A DNA stretch of 64,000 bases from Octopus sinensis (GCF_006345805.1 NC_042998.1:125302001-125366000); one strand, 5' to 3'; positions 24,861 through 40,519 are shown, numbered from the stretch's first letter. Program-made: numbers and translations. The notes: generated by a model from the sequence alone, not told the origin.

Positions 24861-27800
24861 ATATATATATATGAGAGAGAGAGATGCACACACTCACACA
24901 CACACACACATTTTGTATCGGTGATTCACCTGTTTTATATTTATCCATCATCCCCTTGATTCTCCGTTTTGTTTTCTTTGCCTGCCAGTCAAGACACGTG
25001 AATTTTCATAACCCCACCGTTCTTTTACGGGATACTGAGAATGAAATGTAAAGTGAATCGGAGACCGAAAAACGTATGAATCACTTGCATATTTGTTCAG
25101 CGAGTACTCACCCCCAAATTTGTGAGTAGTGCACTAAAGTATATTAGCTGTTCAACTTTATTCATAAATCAAGTTTAAGCAATTCCAGTGCCACAAAGGA
25201 TGGAGTGTTAGGATAGCTTTCATTTAAGAATTATTGTTCTATACCATATTCATAAAAATCAGTTTATCTGATAGATATTCCTACAATTTTCTCTCTCCCC
25301 CCTCTCTCTCTCCCCCCTTTCTCTCTCTCTCTCTCCCTTCTCACTCTCCCTCTCTCTCCCATCCTCCTGGTCTTCTGTCTATATCCCTTCAACAGCTTCT
25401 ATAACGGTCTATGCTCCTCAGATATATTGACACTACGCTTTTTTTTCTTCTAAACTCACCAGACACATTTTGCTTCCTCTATTCTGTCTTATCGACAAGT
25501 TACATTCCCGAGGGAAAATGAGCAATAGAATTTATAAAGAAGCACCGGTCTACAGCACTTCGAATCCTATTGAAAGTACAAAAAAGAAAACAATTATCTA
25601 GTTTATGTTGTTATGTATAAACCTATATGTATGATATTTGTTGGTGAGATGAAGTAGCCTAGCGCTTCACAAAAAGCTCTTCCCTACCGTTTGCTTTTAT
25701 TCCCCTCCTATAAATACTTTGTTCAATCCTTTACCAGAACATTCCCATTTGAAATTTTCCCTCTGCTTTGTAATTTTCCCCTATCTGCTGATAAATCTCT
25801 GCGGACTAGTATAATGGACTCCACTTGAATTTCAGAATTCAGTGGAATGAACAGTCAAAAGTGACCTTTAATAATTTATTTTCCTAATCTTCCCCACAAC
25901 AGTCATTATTTGTCAGATAAACAAATATTTATTTTCTAAAAAACAATTGGATTGCAAACGCATTGCCCATTTATCCAAATAGCGTATATTTGTGTAATAT
26001 AATACGATGGAGAATTTTCCTTTATAAATCAAGTGTGTTGGTGACACAAAAACACGATATTAATTTCTGCTTCTTCAGAGAACAATGAGCGGCGACGTTT
26101 TTGCTTTAACATCTACGGAAATGGTATTTTCGTCACTTGAAATTTTAGTGTACCACACCTTTCACCTCTGTTATTGCTACTATTACTTCAATTACCATTG
26201 TGTATACAATGTCGTCAAACGGGCTTAAGTAAGAAATTTCGTGGTTTCTTTTTGTTTTAATATCCGGTTTGTACGTAGTAAACATGTTTTGATATTTTCA
26301 TATTTACCAAAGATCATTAAATAAGATTCCCGGATGTTGACCTTTTGCGGATTTTTATGATTTTTGTTATCTATTGGGATCTGTCAACAGGCAACAAACA
26401 TCTTATATTATCGATTAAACTAAGCAGATCAATACGTTAGAATATTTTCAACTATCCCCAATTAATATAGTAATATGAAAGTATTATTTTATTTTAAATT
26501 TTCGTTTCTTTTTGACATTGTAGATTTTTCACGGTCTTTTTACCAGACTTGTCCAAACTTTTCAAAGCAAATACAATCCGAAGAATATCAGAAACCGTCT
26601 CCTTATAATACAATTTGTTAAATTATATTGAATTATCATTTTTTTCTTGTTTACAATAGAATTTTAAAAAATTTAGTCTCGTATATCAGTAAATGTTTCA
26701 AGTTATTTTGTAACATGCGCCTCCAGTTCACAACTAGAATGTTCTACATGGGGTGGTATACTTTTCTTGTATAGACATTAACATGTACTGTGGAACTTCG
26801 GAGTACATCAACAGGATACTAGCTTGCTGGTTTAAAAGGTTGGCACCAGTATTGAGTTGTTTTTCTATTGAAGACACTTAAATCGCGATATTCCGGTCGA
26901 AGATGTAAATCTGTAAGCGTCTCATGGACCTGGAATGGCTTTCAAAGATGCGTGCTTGTTTCTGACATCATTGATCCCTGGATATCCCGTCTATTTCAAG
27001 TAACATTCACAATTAGGTAATTCCACAGCTAGGTAGATTGGAGCAAGTAGAATTGAGTATAATGTTCATATGTACAACGAAACATCTCTATTGGATTCAA
27101 GATTTCCAACGCATTTTACTGTTTGCTGCCTCCTGATGTATTTGACATCATGAATGATATGATCTGTATTACTGATTCATTTACTGGTTAGTTGCAGTTC
27201 TATTCTAGGCTGCCATATAGCAAGTCAAAGGTAATGCTATGGTATGTAGCTGTTAAATTGGCAGTGCTAGTGTTGCACCACATTGTTGAAGAAGTGTCTG
27301 TATGTTGCCTGCTGCTCTTTCTCGGCAGTGCACATCTGAATGTCTGAGTGCCTCTTATGTTCTAATGTTGCTGCAAACCTTTGAATTATTTGTTGGCGAA
27401 CTCTTAGCACCACTCATTTATACATTAGGTAACAGTCCGGATAATAAAGATTCGTGAGTTTCAGATCCAGACCTAGCCTGAGCACATATAAATAAACATC
27501 TCAGATATGACATCCGACAAATAACGGAGATCAAACTGCTGAAAATGGAATATTTTATAGAACAAGAAAGGTAAGGATGAGTGCCTGATAATTTGTATTC
27601 AGTTGTTATAGATACTGTTTAACTCCGGGTCAGCCCTGATCTTACAAAGCTCTACATCTTTTAAGATGATCGCGTGTGATTTGAGAGATTTAGAGACTGT
27701 TCTAGTAGACTGCATAAAGGCTTCGTTTTTGACGTGTTTGAATTAAATATAAATATTATCTTCCTGCCTTTACTAACCTCAGTATCTAACATAGATCCAG

Positions 27801-29796
27801 AGAGATTAATAATGTTTGCTGATTTGTAAGTAGCTAAAACTTGACAGAAGTGGGATACACAGAATACAAAATAATAGTCAGATTGCGTGGTATAATTGAT
27901 TTCTGTAATCAATGAATATTATGCAGCCACTGTGTGAAAGTTATAAATGGATATGATTACTATAGCTGATAGGAATCGTGAGAATTATGGATGTTTATAT
28001 TTATCTTAAGTTTTGCGACTCTTAGTTGAGGAATTGGAGCTTCGTATCCTGTCAGCTATTCTACGAATATTTTAAAGTCAAACACCTTAACTCTCAATAG
28101 CCAAGTTCACCTAGAGTAACATAAAAAGATGAGAGTAGGATGGGTTCGAGAGGGTGTTCTAAAAACTCATTGGTTTTTAGATCTTACTACACCAATCAAA
28201 ACTTAATACAGGGTAGTGAAAGTATAGATATCTCCATCAGTAATAATGAACCCATCCTTGGCTAAATAGTTTTTAACTGAACAGTATAGATTATCAAGTC
28301 TTGATTTTGCTTTCATATCTGACCATCATAGAGATAGTCACACGAGTGAGACAAACTTTTGGACATGTTTTAATTGGAAACCTAACAGAATAATGGAACG
28401 TTGTAAACTTCTTCATTCTATCCATATACGTTTTCTGTGCTTGCCACTTGTAATTTTATATTTATTTTTTAAGATCTCTAACAACAATATTTTGACCCAT
28501 ACAATAGATCAGAACTCTTATGCAGATATTGTTCCAGTTGCGCGAAATAAAATAAAAATTAGAAATTGTTCCAAATGTATGTACTATAACTTTATCTCTT
28601 TAAAAATCCACATCTCTTTAGAACTTTAGGTCAGTAGAAACAAGACATCATAGTTTAAATGTATCAGAGTAAGCCCTTGTTCTCGTTCTTCGGGGATCTA
28701 AGTTCAAATTTTTCCCGAATCGCCTTTTTCATTCCATCTCTTAATACATCTCAACACTTCCCTAAAGACTTGTAGGTTTATGCCTGTGCAAGAAGTCCTT
28801 ACTGATGATAATGTTACTGACTGAAACTGTTAGTGCTGGACAAAATGCTTTACAATAAGACTAGTCAATCATAGGCAACAAATCAGGAGAGTCGTTAGAG
28901 AGTTGTATAATTGTCTCACAGTGTTTCGTTTCTTTGAACCCTTAGATCAAATCCTTCCGAGGCCAGCTTTACGCTTCACCCTTTCACAGTCAATGTAAAA
29001 GAAAAACAGTCCAGGACAGAGCATTGGCGGGACTGTAGGAACGTCGACCAGATTCCTTTGTTCCAGCTCTTTGTGCACTGGGTTCAAATCCCGCCATGGC
29101 CTACTTGGCTGATAGATTTCATCGTTTGCCGGGTTTAACATCACCACTTGGTATCTTTGTCTCTGGTTTCAGAATACCTTCCTCCACTCTGCAACTAATC
29201 TCGAAAGCCTTATAAAGGGGTATGAACACTGTCTTCCTTTCTATCTAAAAGAGAAAAAAGAAATCAGTGAATACCAATAACATAACTCTTATTTCAATTG
29301 TATTTCCAAATACAAATCTTTTCTCGTCTCCCTTTTTGTATGTATATGCATGATTATATGTTTCTGTGTGTGCGTGTGTGTGTGTGTGTGTACACGTGTG
29401 CTAAACTTCTATATGATATGTAGTTGTGTGTGTATGTGTGTATAATGTATGCGTGCGGTTTCATTTTATTGCATATGCAAAAATAAATCATACTCGGTCA
29501 ATAAAAATTGATGTATTGGAGATGGGAAGAAGAGGAACAAGGGACATGTAAATGTTTAGGTTCCAATTATCTTGATTTTGGTTAACATCAAACTCCCAGC
29601 ATGACTTCTTTCCAAATAAATTTTACTCATTAATGCAAGTTTTTGTACTTGTTATCTGAAAGAGACTTCATGTTCAGTGACTTTAACTTAATTTATTCAC
29701 AACGGGGTTTTAGGAACAATTTACTATATAGTCGACTAGAGAAAATAAACAAGGGATCTAATAATTAATAACAGAAACACACTCTCGTACGGACGG

Positions 29797-29899
<103 letters not shown>

Positions 29900-31195
29900 G
29901 TCAAAATATATTTGTTGATCATGTCCTCGGGGGTGTTTTTTGTGTTATTCTAATTTAAAATCTATAAAGTGAAGTAGACCAATAAATCCTGGACGTACTT
30001 CAGTAAATAATACCCCCGGGAAATGATTCTCTTTTTGGAAAATACATTGTCTTAGATTATCACTTCTTTCCTTTATTTTCTCTTCTTACACATTACTATG
30101 GTCAACGTTACTGCTTTTCCATTTCTGGAGAAAGACAGACAGAGAAACGGAATATAATGCTCTTGAAAATTTTATCATGTCGTATTATTATTATTATTTT
30201 GTTTTGTTTTTGTTTTGTTTTTGTTTTGTTTTTTTGAGCTAGAGATAACGCAAATAATGTTCCAGAAGCCTTGGAAGAATATAAACGAATTTATTAAGTC
30301 TTCTGAGAGTTTCGATGGTTAATTCAATACGCTTGCTTATTTGAGAGAGAGAGAGAGAGAGAGAGAGATGCAGAAAGTGCTTCAACATCTTCAAACCACA
30401 AGATGGCATACAGTGTTTCTCTAAATGATTTCTAACAGAATCACATTACAAAATTTGAGACATTCTTTGATTATTTTGAAGTAAATTCACTCTCATCGTT
30501 TGCATTTGTTTCGAGTATTCGAACGAAACCGCTCGAGTCACTTTCCACTCAGATTTTAACGTGCATTTGTTCAGGCTGGATGTTTGTTAGCAGTATCGAT
30601 CTCACACCATTGTGGGAAGACCTGGAAAAGTAATCGGCATTACCCTTCTTCTACTTAAATTATGTAGTAAAATAAGTTTTCTAAATACTGGAACGAAGTT
30701 GATGTGGGAACAATTTCCTTTGCTCTGCTTTTACTAAATGTAAACACCCGATCTTTACTGTACATCGCGGACTGCATTTCTCCATGCATATTTCGTTAAA
30801 ACAACAGGATGTGATTATTATTTCTAGCATATCAACTTACCATTTAGCGGCTCTCTCGTAAGCTTATACATCACAAACACTAAATAACTGAAAGTCTCTT
30901 TATATTCTCAATTCAGATCATACCGTTCATCATTCAAGGGTCGATAGAATAAAGTACCAATCAAGTATTCGTGTCAATCTAATTGATAATACCCACCATC
31001 CCATGAAATTTAATTTTAACCAAGTAATTTCTGACCTTATGCCATCGTTAGAAATCATTTTAGACTAATGGGCGACAAAATTAATAAAGTAACGTACAAA
31101 ATAGCCAGCTTTTCAGTTCACCTTTCAAGAGTCGAAAAAAATAATAAGTTGAAATTATCTACTGCCCAAGCCGAAATGTATGACCTTTATAAATT

Positions 31196-32614
31196 ACTAG
31201 CACTATGACCAGGCGTCGCCGGGTCTAGTGCTAGTGCTTGTTGTTCGTTGCTGGGTCGCAGTAAAAATTTCTCACTAAATCAAGAGCTAAGTTTCTTATC
31301 ACATTTCAGCCCGGGCCAGTTTTGTTGTTTATGAACTAGTTGGAGCTTTTTACGAGAGTAATTAATATTAATTGGACTTCGGTTTTCACACCTGGAACGG
31401 CATAATCATGGAAAATTAGCGGGACTGTGCACATGCCATTAATCGGACAAAAAAGGAGGCAGAAGAAAGCGAAAAACTCGAATTTGGCCGCAAAATAGCA
31501 TGATTTTGAAAATACACATAAATCTCGTTTGTTGAGTTTTGGTTTCACACCCAACCCAGTTCTGTGCAATCAGTGTCGCGACGTGAAGGCATGGATTGGG
31601 AGTTTGATTGGCAGAGGTGATCAAGTTGTACATGCCAGCCCTTTCGACACCAACCCTTTTGACACCTCACCTAACCCCCTTGTCCTATGAGTGAATAGCA
31701 ATGGTGGAAAGAAAAATGCTGATTCCGGCGAAAAGGCAGATCAATTAGAGCACAAAAAACAGCATTCAAAGTGATTTTATGAGTATGACGCATTGAAGCA
31801 AGTCATACAGTAAGGTCAATAGTTATAAGTTCATGACGCATAGAAGCACGTAAGACATCAAGGTTAACTAAGGTATAAATAATAGGTATGCCTTTTCGCC
31901 TGAAGGCTAATTGGGCTCCCGATCCACTGAAACGGAGGAGGTTAGGTTTGGAACACAACTAAGCCTTCAACTAAAACCTAGACTAACCTTACGGAAGGGG
32001 ACTTGGGCACCTCTAATAGGCAGCTTCTAATCCCGATCTATCACTAACCCATCCTAGGGGTTCTAAATGACATGGCTGTGGAGATGTGCATAGTGGGTTT
32101 GTTTCGGAGGAGGACGACTGCATTGGATTAAGGACCATTGAAGAATGTAGCTTTGGAGATCCTAACTCGTTAATTATTCCCTGCATTTCTCAAATCAAAA
32201 TAGCGTGCACGTTTGAAAGCCAAAACATGATAATGCGTCTTCGCAAAACACAAAAATGCGCTGAGTCAAACAAACTGTCTGCAAATGCGCACGCGCATTC
32301 AACTGTCAAGGGTGAAATTATCTCCGTTCAATCAAAAAATAGCTGGCAGTCTATTGGTGTATCTAGCTGTACGCACGCACCGCGTACAAATTTCTTTGTT
32401 TTAGCGATTTTGAATGGATATGCCCATAACTTATGGACATAAGGTGTCGATTTTTTTTAATGGCTTTCTCGGGTGACTGGGAAAATGAAAAGATCTTCAC
32501 GACCACCCTCAGACAGTTTTGAAAGTCCATAGAAAATGCGAACCTTTTACGTGAAAAACTGGATTTCTATTAAGGACACACATACACAGACATTTTGCCG
32601 TTTATAGATAGAGA
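31196..32614 (+). mobile_element. Putative non-autonomous rolling-circle-type (Helentron/HINE-like) element
   Basis: Starts with the hairpin actagcacta...tagtgctagt and ends acacacatacacagacattttgccgtttatagatagag. Assigned only on terminal architecture. Confidence 0.35.
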
Positions 32615-34892
32615 TGACAGAGAGATGGCAGAATCGTTAGAGCAACAAAATGCCTAGCGGTATTTCTCCCGATTCATTACGTTCAGAGTTCAAATTCCGC
32701 CGGAGTAAACTTTGCCTTTCATCACTCCGAGATCGATGGTATCGGCTAACACCACTCCCTTTTATATTGTTGGCTATGTGCCTAGATTAATCATCAAAAA
32801 TAACTAAGACCCTGGATTTGCTTATGCCAGTTGACTAACAACAGTGCTTGCCAGCTCCTGTCCATCAGTACCTTCGAGTATTTTCTTTAACTCGAGTTGA
32901 ATCCCAAACAATTGAAGAAAGATGCTAATGGCTACACCACTACCCAAACTTCTCACTGGAGTGATTTCCGTAACTGATTGATTTCCCTTTCAACAAGTTG
33001 TTCTTGGGTAACGATTAGCAACTTCTTTTTGTAATGGTCCATTATTTCCAGGGGAGGGAGTTACATATGTCCATGACCAACATGCTTATCAGATTTTGCA
33101 TATAAAAATATCCCCGCGTATTCCTGCCCCATTTCCATCACTAGCAATGCTTATGTAAGCTAAAATTAAACAAATCGTAAAACAAAAGACTATCGAAAAT
33201 CCACTAACTACTCAATAGCTACAAATTCAGTTTGAAAATTTTTTACGAAAGTTCCGAGGCCCTCAGAAAGCAACTCAGTAACCCACTCGAGAGCCACGAA
33301 CCAAATATTGCAAAATTGAGCAAAATCAGCCTCGTAGAATCCGAGGTATATGCACATTTACAGGTGAGGTTGAATTCAACACTGCAAGTTAACTAAAACA
33401 CTCGTTAGTCTTAATGTTGACACTGTTGTTTATCAAGACTAACTGAACACATCAGTTTTACAGCGCTGCTATTGCTTTATAGAGGTTAATTATTCCTAAC
33501 CTGCGGTATCTATTTACGCTTATGTTCATTGGGTTGTTATGGAAATTAAGTGTGACGGTGACAGGATAGGAACTGGCTGCCTCTTTGCTCGTTATATCGT
33601 ATCTAATCGTCTGGTCCATCGTTTTCTTTAATACAATGGACTTGATGTCAAAAGTTTGATGATGATGATTTTATCGAAAATCTGAGTTTGCTATCAGCAA
33701 GCATTTTATGTTGCATTACTAGTACTACATGTGTGCGCATGTTCATACCAATGTGTATTCGTACGTATGCTTGTGTATGTTCGTGTTCGGTTACGTGCAT
33801 GTGTTAGTAAGTATGGATGTAAGTGCTCACATTCGTATATATGCATATACTTGTGCTCATATGTATGTGTGCATGTGCTTGTATGTATGAATGTGTTTGT
33901 GTGTTTCCTCCTGACAAGGAACAATTAATGAAGTGGGAAGGCGTTTCAGAACTAGATATGGCCAATACAGAGAAGTAAATTACTCGAAGACAATTTGTCT
34001 TTCTTGTTATATTCTATTTCCTAGTTTAATGGGTGTTTTCTAAGTTTCTACACATTTTAAAAAGAGAGGTTGTGAAGTGCAAAAAAGTGTTATTACAATT
34101 ATTATTATGCTAAGAAATCACCCTCTTCATCTTCATCATCATTATTGTTGTTATGGTAGTATCCAAAAATAACAAAATGAAATGATACCTAGATTTTTGT
34201 ACAGATGTTGATTATAATAAAAAAATATTTTATTCATACAATTTATGTATATTTGCGCGTGTGTGTGTAATGAGGTGGGAATGACGAATAGAAATCAGCA
34301 TATATGTATGTGTAATTTTATGTAGGTATTCATACATAATCACGTTTTTCAAGGAAGCACATTTTCTTCTATACATTTACTTATTGGACAAGCTCTTTTA
34401 TTTCTGTCACCTCCCCACTCTCTCCATAAAGCATTCCTACCAATACACACACGCACGCATACACACACACACACACACATACACACACACACATGTACAG
34501 TAACGGAAATTGAAATATTTGTTCCACCTAACTTTAATTATGAGAAGCCCATTTAAAAAAATGACTTATCAAAAACAACACTCTACAATGTTTTGATAAA
34601 AACTTCGAAGTTTGGCCAATAGGAGTGGGAGCTTGTTCAAGCAGTAAGTAGACTGACGGTCAGTAATGACGATTCAGTATCATACAATATTAAGAGAAGA
34701 ATGGAACTGATCAAAATAGATGTTATGGCTGAGAAGATCGATGGCAAAAATGATTTGCAGGGGTCAGTACTTTACTGGATATATGGGTGGGTAGAGAATA
34801 ATAGTTGTTGGTAAATGCCAAATAGGAGGAGGGGAGGTAGCTACGATGGAGGTTTTTCAAGGTGCGTAGAAATCCTTGAGGTGTTGGCTACA

Positions 34893-34923
<31 letters not shown>

Positions 34924-37900
34924 CACAGGAGAGACGTTAGAGCAGTATTTATACCAGTTCCCTATTCAAATCCCGCCAATAAGAACAAGTGAGCAGATGA
35001 AATTCCTTGTGGAATCGGCTTTTTGCGTTCTTAGTTCGCTAATGGTCAACATGCCACCTGGTCTTTCTGTGCCTTTAGATTTCACTTTGTTGTAAGCATT
35101 TGGGTTTGGTGGTCACCGGTTTGAGAATTGTTTCCTGCTTTCATACTGTCAGTCTCAGACCTCAACTTCACCAAAAAATTAAAAGCATACAGGCTCGGAA
35201 ACACTGCTCTTTCTTTCACCAAAGCTGTAAGATGGATGGAGTGGGAGGCGGAAGTGTATTTATTGGATATAGAGGAAGAAGCAGTACCCATTACCTTCGC
35301 AGACCTTCTTAGACCGGTGACTTTTGATGCCAGTAATGTTCCACTTTAACCATTGTTACAGCAAAGATAGGTGCAGTGAGGGAATTTTAGAGATTCAACA
35401 TTATGAAAAGGAAAAACAAAACTGAGATTAGTGGTGAGTACATGGACTGGGTTATTGACCACAATAAGAGTAATAAGAGGGGCAGAGATGAGTTGGCCTC
35501 GAAGAGTAGAGGCAACTGTAGTTACAGTAGAAGGATTGCACTGTAATTCAGAAGTACGGCGTTGTCACACGCTGATTCTACCTGGGAATTATATTAATAG
35601 TACACGTGTCTGTGGAGTGCTCTGTCACTTACATGTTAACTCAATGAGCAGGTAAATCAGTTTATCGAACTTTTGAATCCTCGCTGTCGAAACTAACGGA
35701 GAACCATAGATAGATATCAAATACACTCATCATATATATACATTATTCTCATATTTTTAACACGCCTGTGCGTGTATTGAGAGAGAGAAAGAGAGATGGT
35801 GTCTATATTATATATAGAGAGATAGAAGTGCTTGAGTTTCGCAGCTAATACGGAGAGTATGTATGGCGCGAAGAAGCTGGATACACAACAGTTTTTTTTG
35901 GGGGGGGGTGTATTTTTCTATGTAACTAATGTTCAGTAAGTAATATATCGAAACGGCCAAAACAACGTATTTGTTAACTAATTCCAAGCTAAGTTCTATG
36001 AGGACTTTACATTGAACATAATACGGTCTTTCTTTCGCATCGCATTCTTTCAATCAATGTGACTTGTTTTCTTTGTGGATTTGTTGCTGAGTCACGAACT
36101 GGCAGGCTGAACTAAATTCAACTTGATGAAGCCAAAAAGAGCGATAACAATATTAACGCTAACAACAGCAACATTATCGATAATGATCATTTCATAGCAT
36201 CAGAAAGCTATGGCCGGCGGTGATTTTTAATTTATATATATTTTATATTTTATTTTAATATTACTTTTTGCAATAATAACGACAATAATGATTTCTACTT
36301 CACTGCAAGAACACATTTTGTGAAGAAAATAATGGAGTCGCTTTATCGCCCCCTAATAATCGTTTTATCAACCCTAATAGTCATTATTTCAACCCCGAAA
36401 GCATGAAATATGTAGTTGTGATTGTTCTTTAGATTTAGGTCAGCCTTGACCGAGTAGACTTAGGTTCCAAGGGATTCCATCAACGACCATCCCGTCTTTT
36501 TCTCATGTAGAAGAACCCAGATCAACATGTAATTTTTTTATAAGGCAGGACAATGTTATTTAAGGAAAATTGAGTTGCTATTTCTTACAGGTCATGCGGC
36601 TATGTAGAGGTTCCCTCATATTCGAACCTGATGGTGTTTGAACTCTGAACATAAATACGAGGTGTTTATCTAGTGTTTAATGATTCCAGTTTCACTGCTT
36701 TTGTTACAATGATAGTAATATCACAAGTTTAGGGACGTTTGTTGATGCTTAGTGGTTTAAATAGATACCAGACCTAATCTGTTACTTATTTTATCTGCCC
36801 CATAAGCTGGAAACAGAAGGGTTGATATCAGTTGGGTTTGAACGCATGACTATGTAAAGGAAGGCTATAAACAACCACAAAGTATTTTGTTCCTCGCCCA
36901 ACATATTCTGCCATCCTCCAAGATGATGATGATGATGATTATGATGATTTCTGACAGACACAATATCTAAAAATTTCAATGTCGAATTCGGTCATTTAAG
37001 TTGATCCCCAGAACTTGATTGGTATTTTATTTCAACTGTCTGGAAGGATAAAAGGCAAACTGACCAAGGCGAGATTAGAACTCGCAACACAAAACTAAAT
37101 ACTGCACAGCATTTTACACAAAGCTTTGTTTATTACCACGATGTTTTGAATGTGTTACACAAGTATTGATCATAGTTGCTAATCTCAGAAACTTTTAAAA
37201 GACCACCCCGCTACCCCTACCATCTCTGTTACCTCTAATTTATCTAAGAATGAATAAGAAAATAAATGCAATGGTATTTTTTTCTTTAGTACTGAAATTT
37301 TATCTGGTTTTTCTGTTGAACAGCATTTTTCATTCTTTTTTCCTCTTGTTGATGCGAGTTACTGGTCTTCCTGGTGAGGAGAAGGATTATGATGATGGCT
37401 CTATTGTTATTGTTGATAATGATGATGTATATGTTGGTGGTAGTGGTGGTAGTGGTGGTATCAGTATCTTTGTTGTTAGTGATCTTGTTGCTTCAGATTT
37501 TCTGAGGGAGAAAAAAGAACTTTAAAAAAATCTGAATAAATATATAGATGAAACAACTTTTGCATAAGTTCGTTAGTCTTCATAAAATGCGTGGAGCATG
37601 AACTATGGAACATTATACCTACTTTAACCTTTCTTTGTGTTTGTTGTTATTGTTGGTGTTGTCAAAAGTTGTCATGAGTCATGTTTCCGTTATTCATTTT
37701 TTGTTTTTGAATTTTTTTCTTTTTCTTTTTTTGAGGGCTGGGTTGTTGAAATGAAAGAAAACAAATAGCTGATATTCTTATTTAGACTTGTATTCTAAAA
37801 ATAATAAAACATATATAGAAATTTAGAATTAATAAAAAAAAAATAACAATAATAATGGTTTCTGACAAACGCAAAGCTACAGATAGCAATATGGTTGAGG

Positions 37901-38420
37901 GGAAATACCTTTGAGGAACGTTCTGCATGCTAAATACATATACGTTGGAGTATTTATGTAATATGTTATGTGTAATATAATGATTTGAAAAACTTTGATC
38001 AACTGATATTAACCTATCAATTAGAATAAAGTTCTTTCTACTGTTGTTTAAATTATAAAAACAGGCAAGGAAGATAGCTAGACAATGCAGAGTGGAATGG
38101 ATTTGGGTCGAGTGGCCCCTTATTTTCGGATTTTAAACATCCATAGAGGGGATTTTACCTATTAGTCGTTTGGGTAATCTAAAGCGACTGGTTTTTTTTT
38201 TGGGGGGGGGGTTTTCTCTATTTTTCAAGCTGAGTTAACCAGCAGGAGGTCTAAGGGTAGACCAAGAGCGAGATGGGTAGAAAATATCCGTAGTCTCAGA
38301 TGGAGTATATTTCTGCCTCCTTTTACTAATTCACAATACTTTTTGTTTCGAGCCTTTCCCCTTTTCCTCTGTTTGTATAACTGTCTGTTACACAAGCTGC
38401 TATATCTCAGCTATATTTCT

Positions 38421-38604
38421 TCGTATTTCGTCTGTCGTTACGTTCCGAGTTCAAATTCCGCCGAGGTCGACTTTGCCTTTCATTCTTTCGGGGTCGATAA
38501 ATTAAGTACCAGTTATGCACTGGGGTCGATGTAATCGACTTAATCCCTTTGTCTGTCCTTGTTTGTCCCCTCTGTGTTTAGCCCCTTGTGGGTAGTAAAG
38601 AAAT
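38421..38604 (+). mobile_element. SINE family A, 5'-truncated
   Basis: Near-identical to 7398-7577. Confidence 0.85.
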
Positions 38605-38889
38605 ATATATCTCTTCTTTGTTTCTCTCTTGCTTTCTCTCTCTCACCTATCTCTCTTTATTATACTTTTTCTCTCCCATCGCTCTTAGGCCAGTCAATGT
38701 TTTCTCCCTCTAGTGTAACAGCAAATCAGACACCAATTAATTTTTCTCCATTTTAAAAAGAGGATTTCTTTGATACGTAAAAACATGATCAGCTTAACTC
38801 TAAACTGGCTCCTCATGCGTCATAAAACCTACGTGCTGTCTCTTATATCTCGTTTGCAAACACAGACATGTGCATAAGTTGCTTATATA

Positions 38890-39090
38890 CGAGGGGTGCT
38901 GAAAAGTTCCTGGCTTTAAGGGTGTCGTGAAAGGCCTTGTTGGAGGCCCAACCTTCCGAGTTCTTTTATAGGGCTTAGAACCACTGCAATAAGAGTGTGA
39001 ATCTGAAAGGGGAAAATGTTGAATAAAATCATAACTGATCCTCCTATATTTTCTTCTACCCAAGACCAGGAACTTTTCAACAGCCCCTCG
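38890..39090. mobile_element. mariner-type MITE (~200 bp)
   Basis: TIRs ta|cgaggggtgctgaaaagttcctgg and ccaggaacttttcaacagcccctcg. Confidence 0.8.
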
Positions 39091-40346
39091 TGTGTGTGTG
39101 TGTTCCCTTCCCTCTTATGTTTTTCATCTTTCACCTTTCTTCTTTCTCTTCACACTCTCTTTCCTCCCATTCTTTATATTCTCTATTTTTTTTCTACCTC
39201 TTTTCCCTTTTTCTCTAAATTGTCTTATCTCTCTATCCCTTCTCTTCGGTCTCTCTCTCATGCTCTCTCTCTATTATCCTCGCTTTTTCTTTCTCTAATC
39301 CTCTCCCGCTCTCCCTTCTGTTGCACTCCTATCCAGTATCTTGTACTCCGCTCTTTTCTCTGTATCTCCTATCATTCTTTCTCACTCGCCAGTATGATGC
39401 ATTAACGTACTCCTCTATAATTGTGTCCACCAAAACTTCAGGAGACTCTCTACCAACGTAATAAGCTGAGTCTACAGAAACAAAAAAGTTCTCTTCTATA
39501 CCTACATTTACTAAATGTCCTAAATTAAAGTTATGAATCCAGAGCTATACATTTTAAGAGAATGTGATAAATCTTTCTTTTGACCTGTCTATTCCAAATA
39601 AGAAACCCAGAAGACCTGGTGTTTACTTTCGATTGTAAGATGAAGTAAGACCTCGTAAAATTAAGTTTCGGAGGTATACTTGCACAGCATGCTGAAACTA
39701 AAACGACTACATCTTGCAAGACAAGTATTAGCCATTCAAAAGCAAAGACTTAGAAGTCTTTGTGTGTTTTTAATAGTGCTTTCCATGCTACAATCGTTTA
39801 AAATTATTTTTTCTGCCAAAATACAACACCAATCGCAATACAATTAAAAACGAGATGTAGTCGTTTCACACTTCTACATTTAGAAATCCACTCCAACGAC
39901 TGACCTTTGTTAAACTATGTTTCCTATATGCTCTTTCCAGCACGACTAAACTTACCTCTAGTAATATGCATTAGCTCTTTGACTCTGTTATGCTGTCAGT
40001 TTTTCTGCTACCCAGGGACGAATTCAACGCTAATGGGTCTTGATGCATAACACTTTTTAAAGGCCCTTCTAGTTTTGCATTTAGTTCTTATTTTTAAATA
40101 AATCGAATTCCTCTCTCTTCTTCTCTTGCTCTCTCATATGTCTTCTCTCTCCTTCTCTCTCTCTCTCTCCCTCGCTGTAAATAAAATATTCAAAAAAGTT
40201 AATGTTTACGGAGATGTACTTGCATATCAAGTGATTTGATATGAAATCGTGTGCTGAAACGAAAACAATTGCAGCGTGGAAGGTGTTTGTAAGCCATTTA
40301 AGAAACATACAAAAGCCGTTCGATTCACTTCAACATTTAAGTTTAA

Positions 40347-40397
40347 TTTGTCAAAATATTTTCGTCGCTTTAAGACCGCGACCTGTTCACTGACAAA
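40347..40397 (-). ncRNA. Minimal type I hammerhead with G3:C8 core swap
   Basis: Minus strand reads tttgtca-GUGAACA-g gtcgc ggtcttaaa gcgac-GAAA-atat-UU-tgacaaa: 7-bp stem I, 5-bp stem II and palindromic AAAUAUUU. Confidence 0.7.
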
Positions 40398-40519
40398 AAT
40401 CCGTGCTGCATCTCTGGTTTAACTGTAGTTTGGTTTAAAATATTTAATTTGATGTAAATACCGTATATAATTATGATCAATCAAATTAAAACATAATGAA
40501 ATGAATCTTTCAGATAAGA

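Noticed and set aside
26700-27450. Possible decayed transposon coding sequence (also 34560-35620)
   Set aside because: The composition looks coding-derived, but no motif could be identified with confidence.
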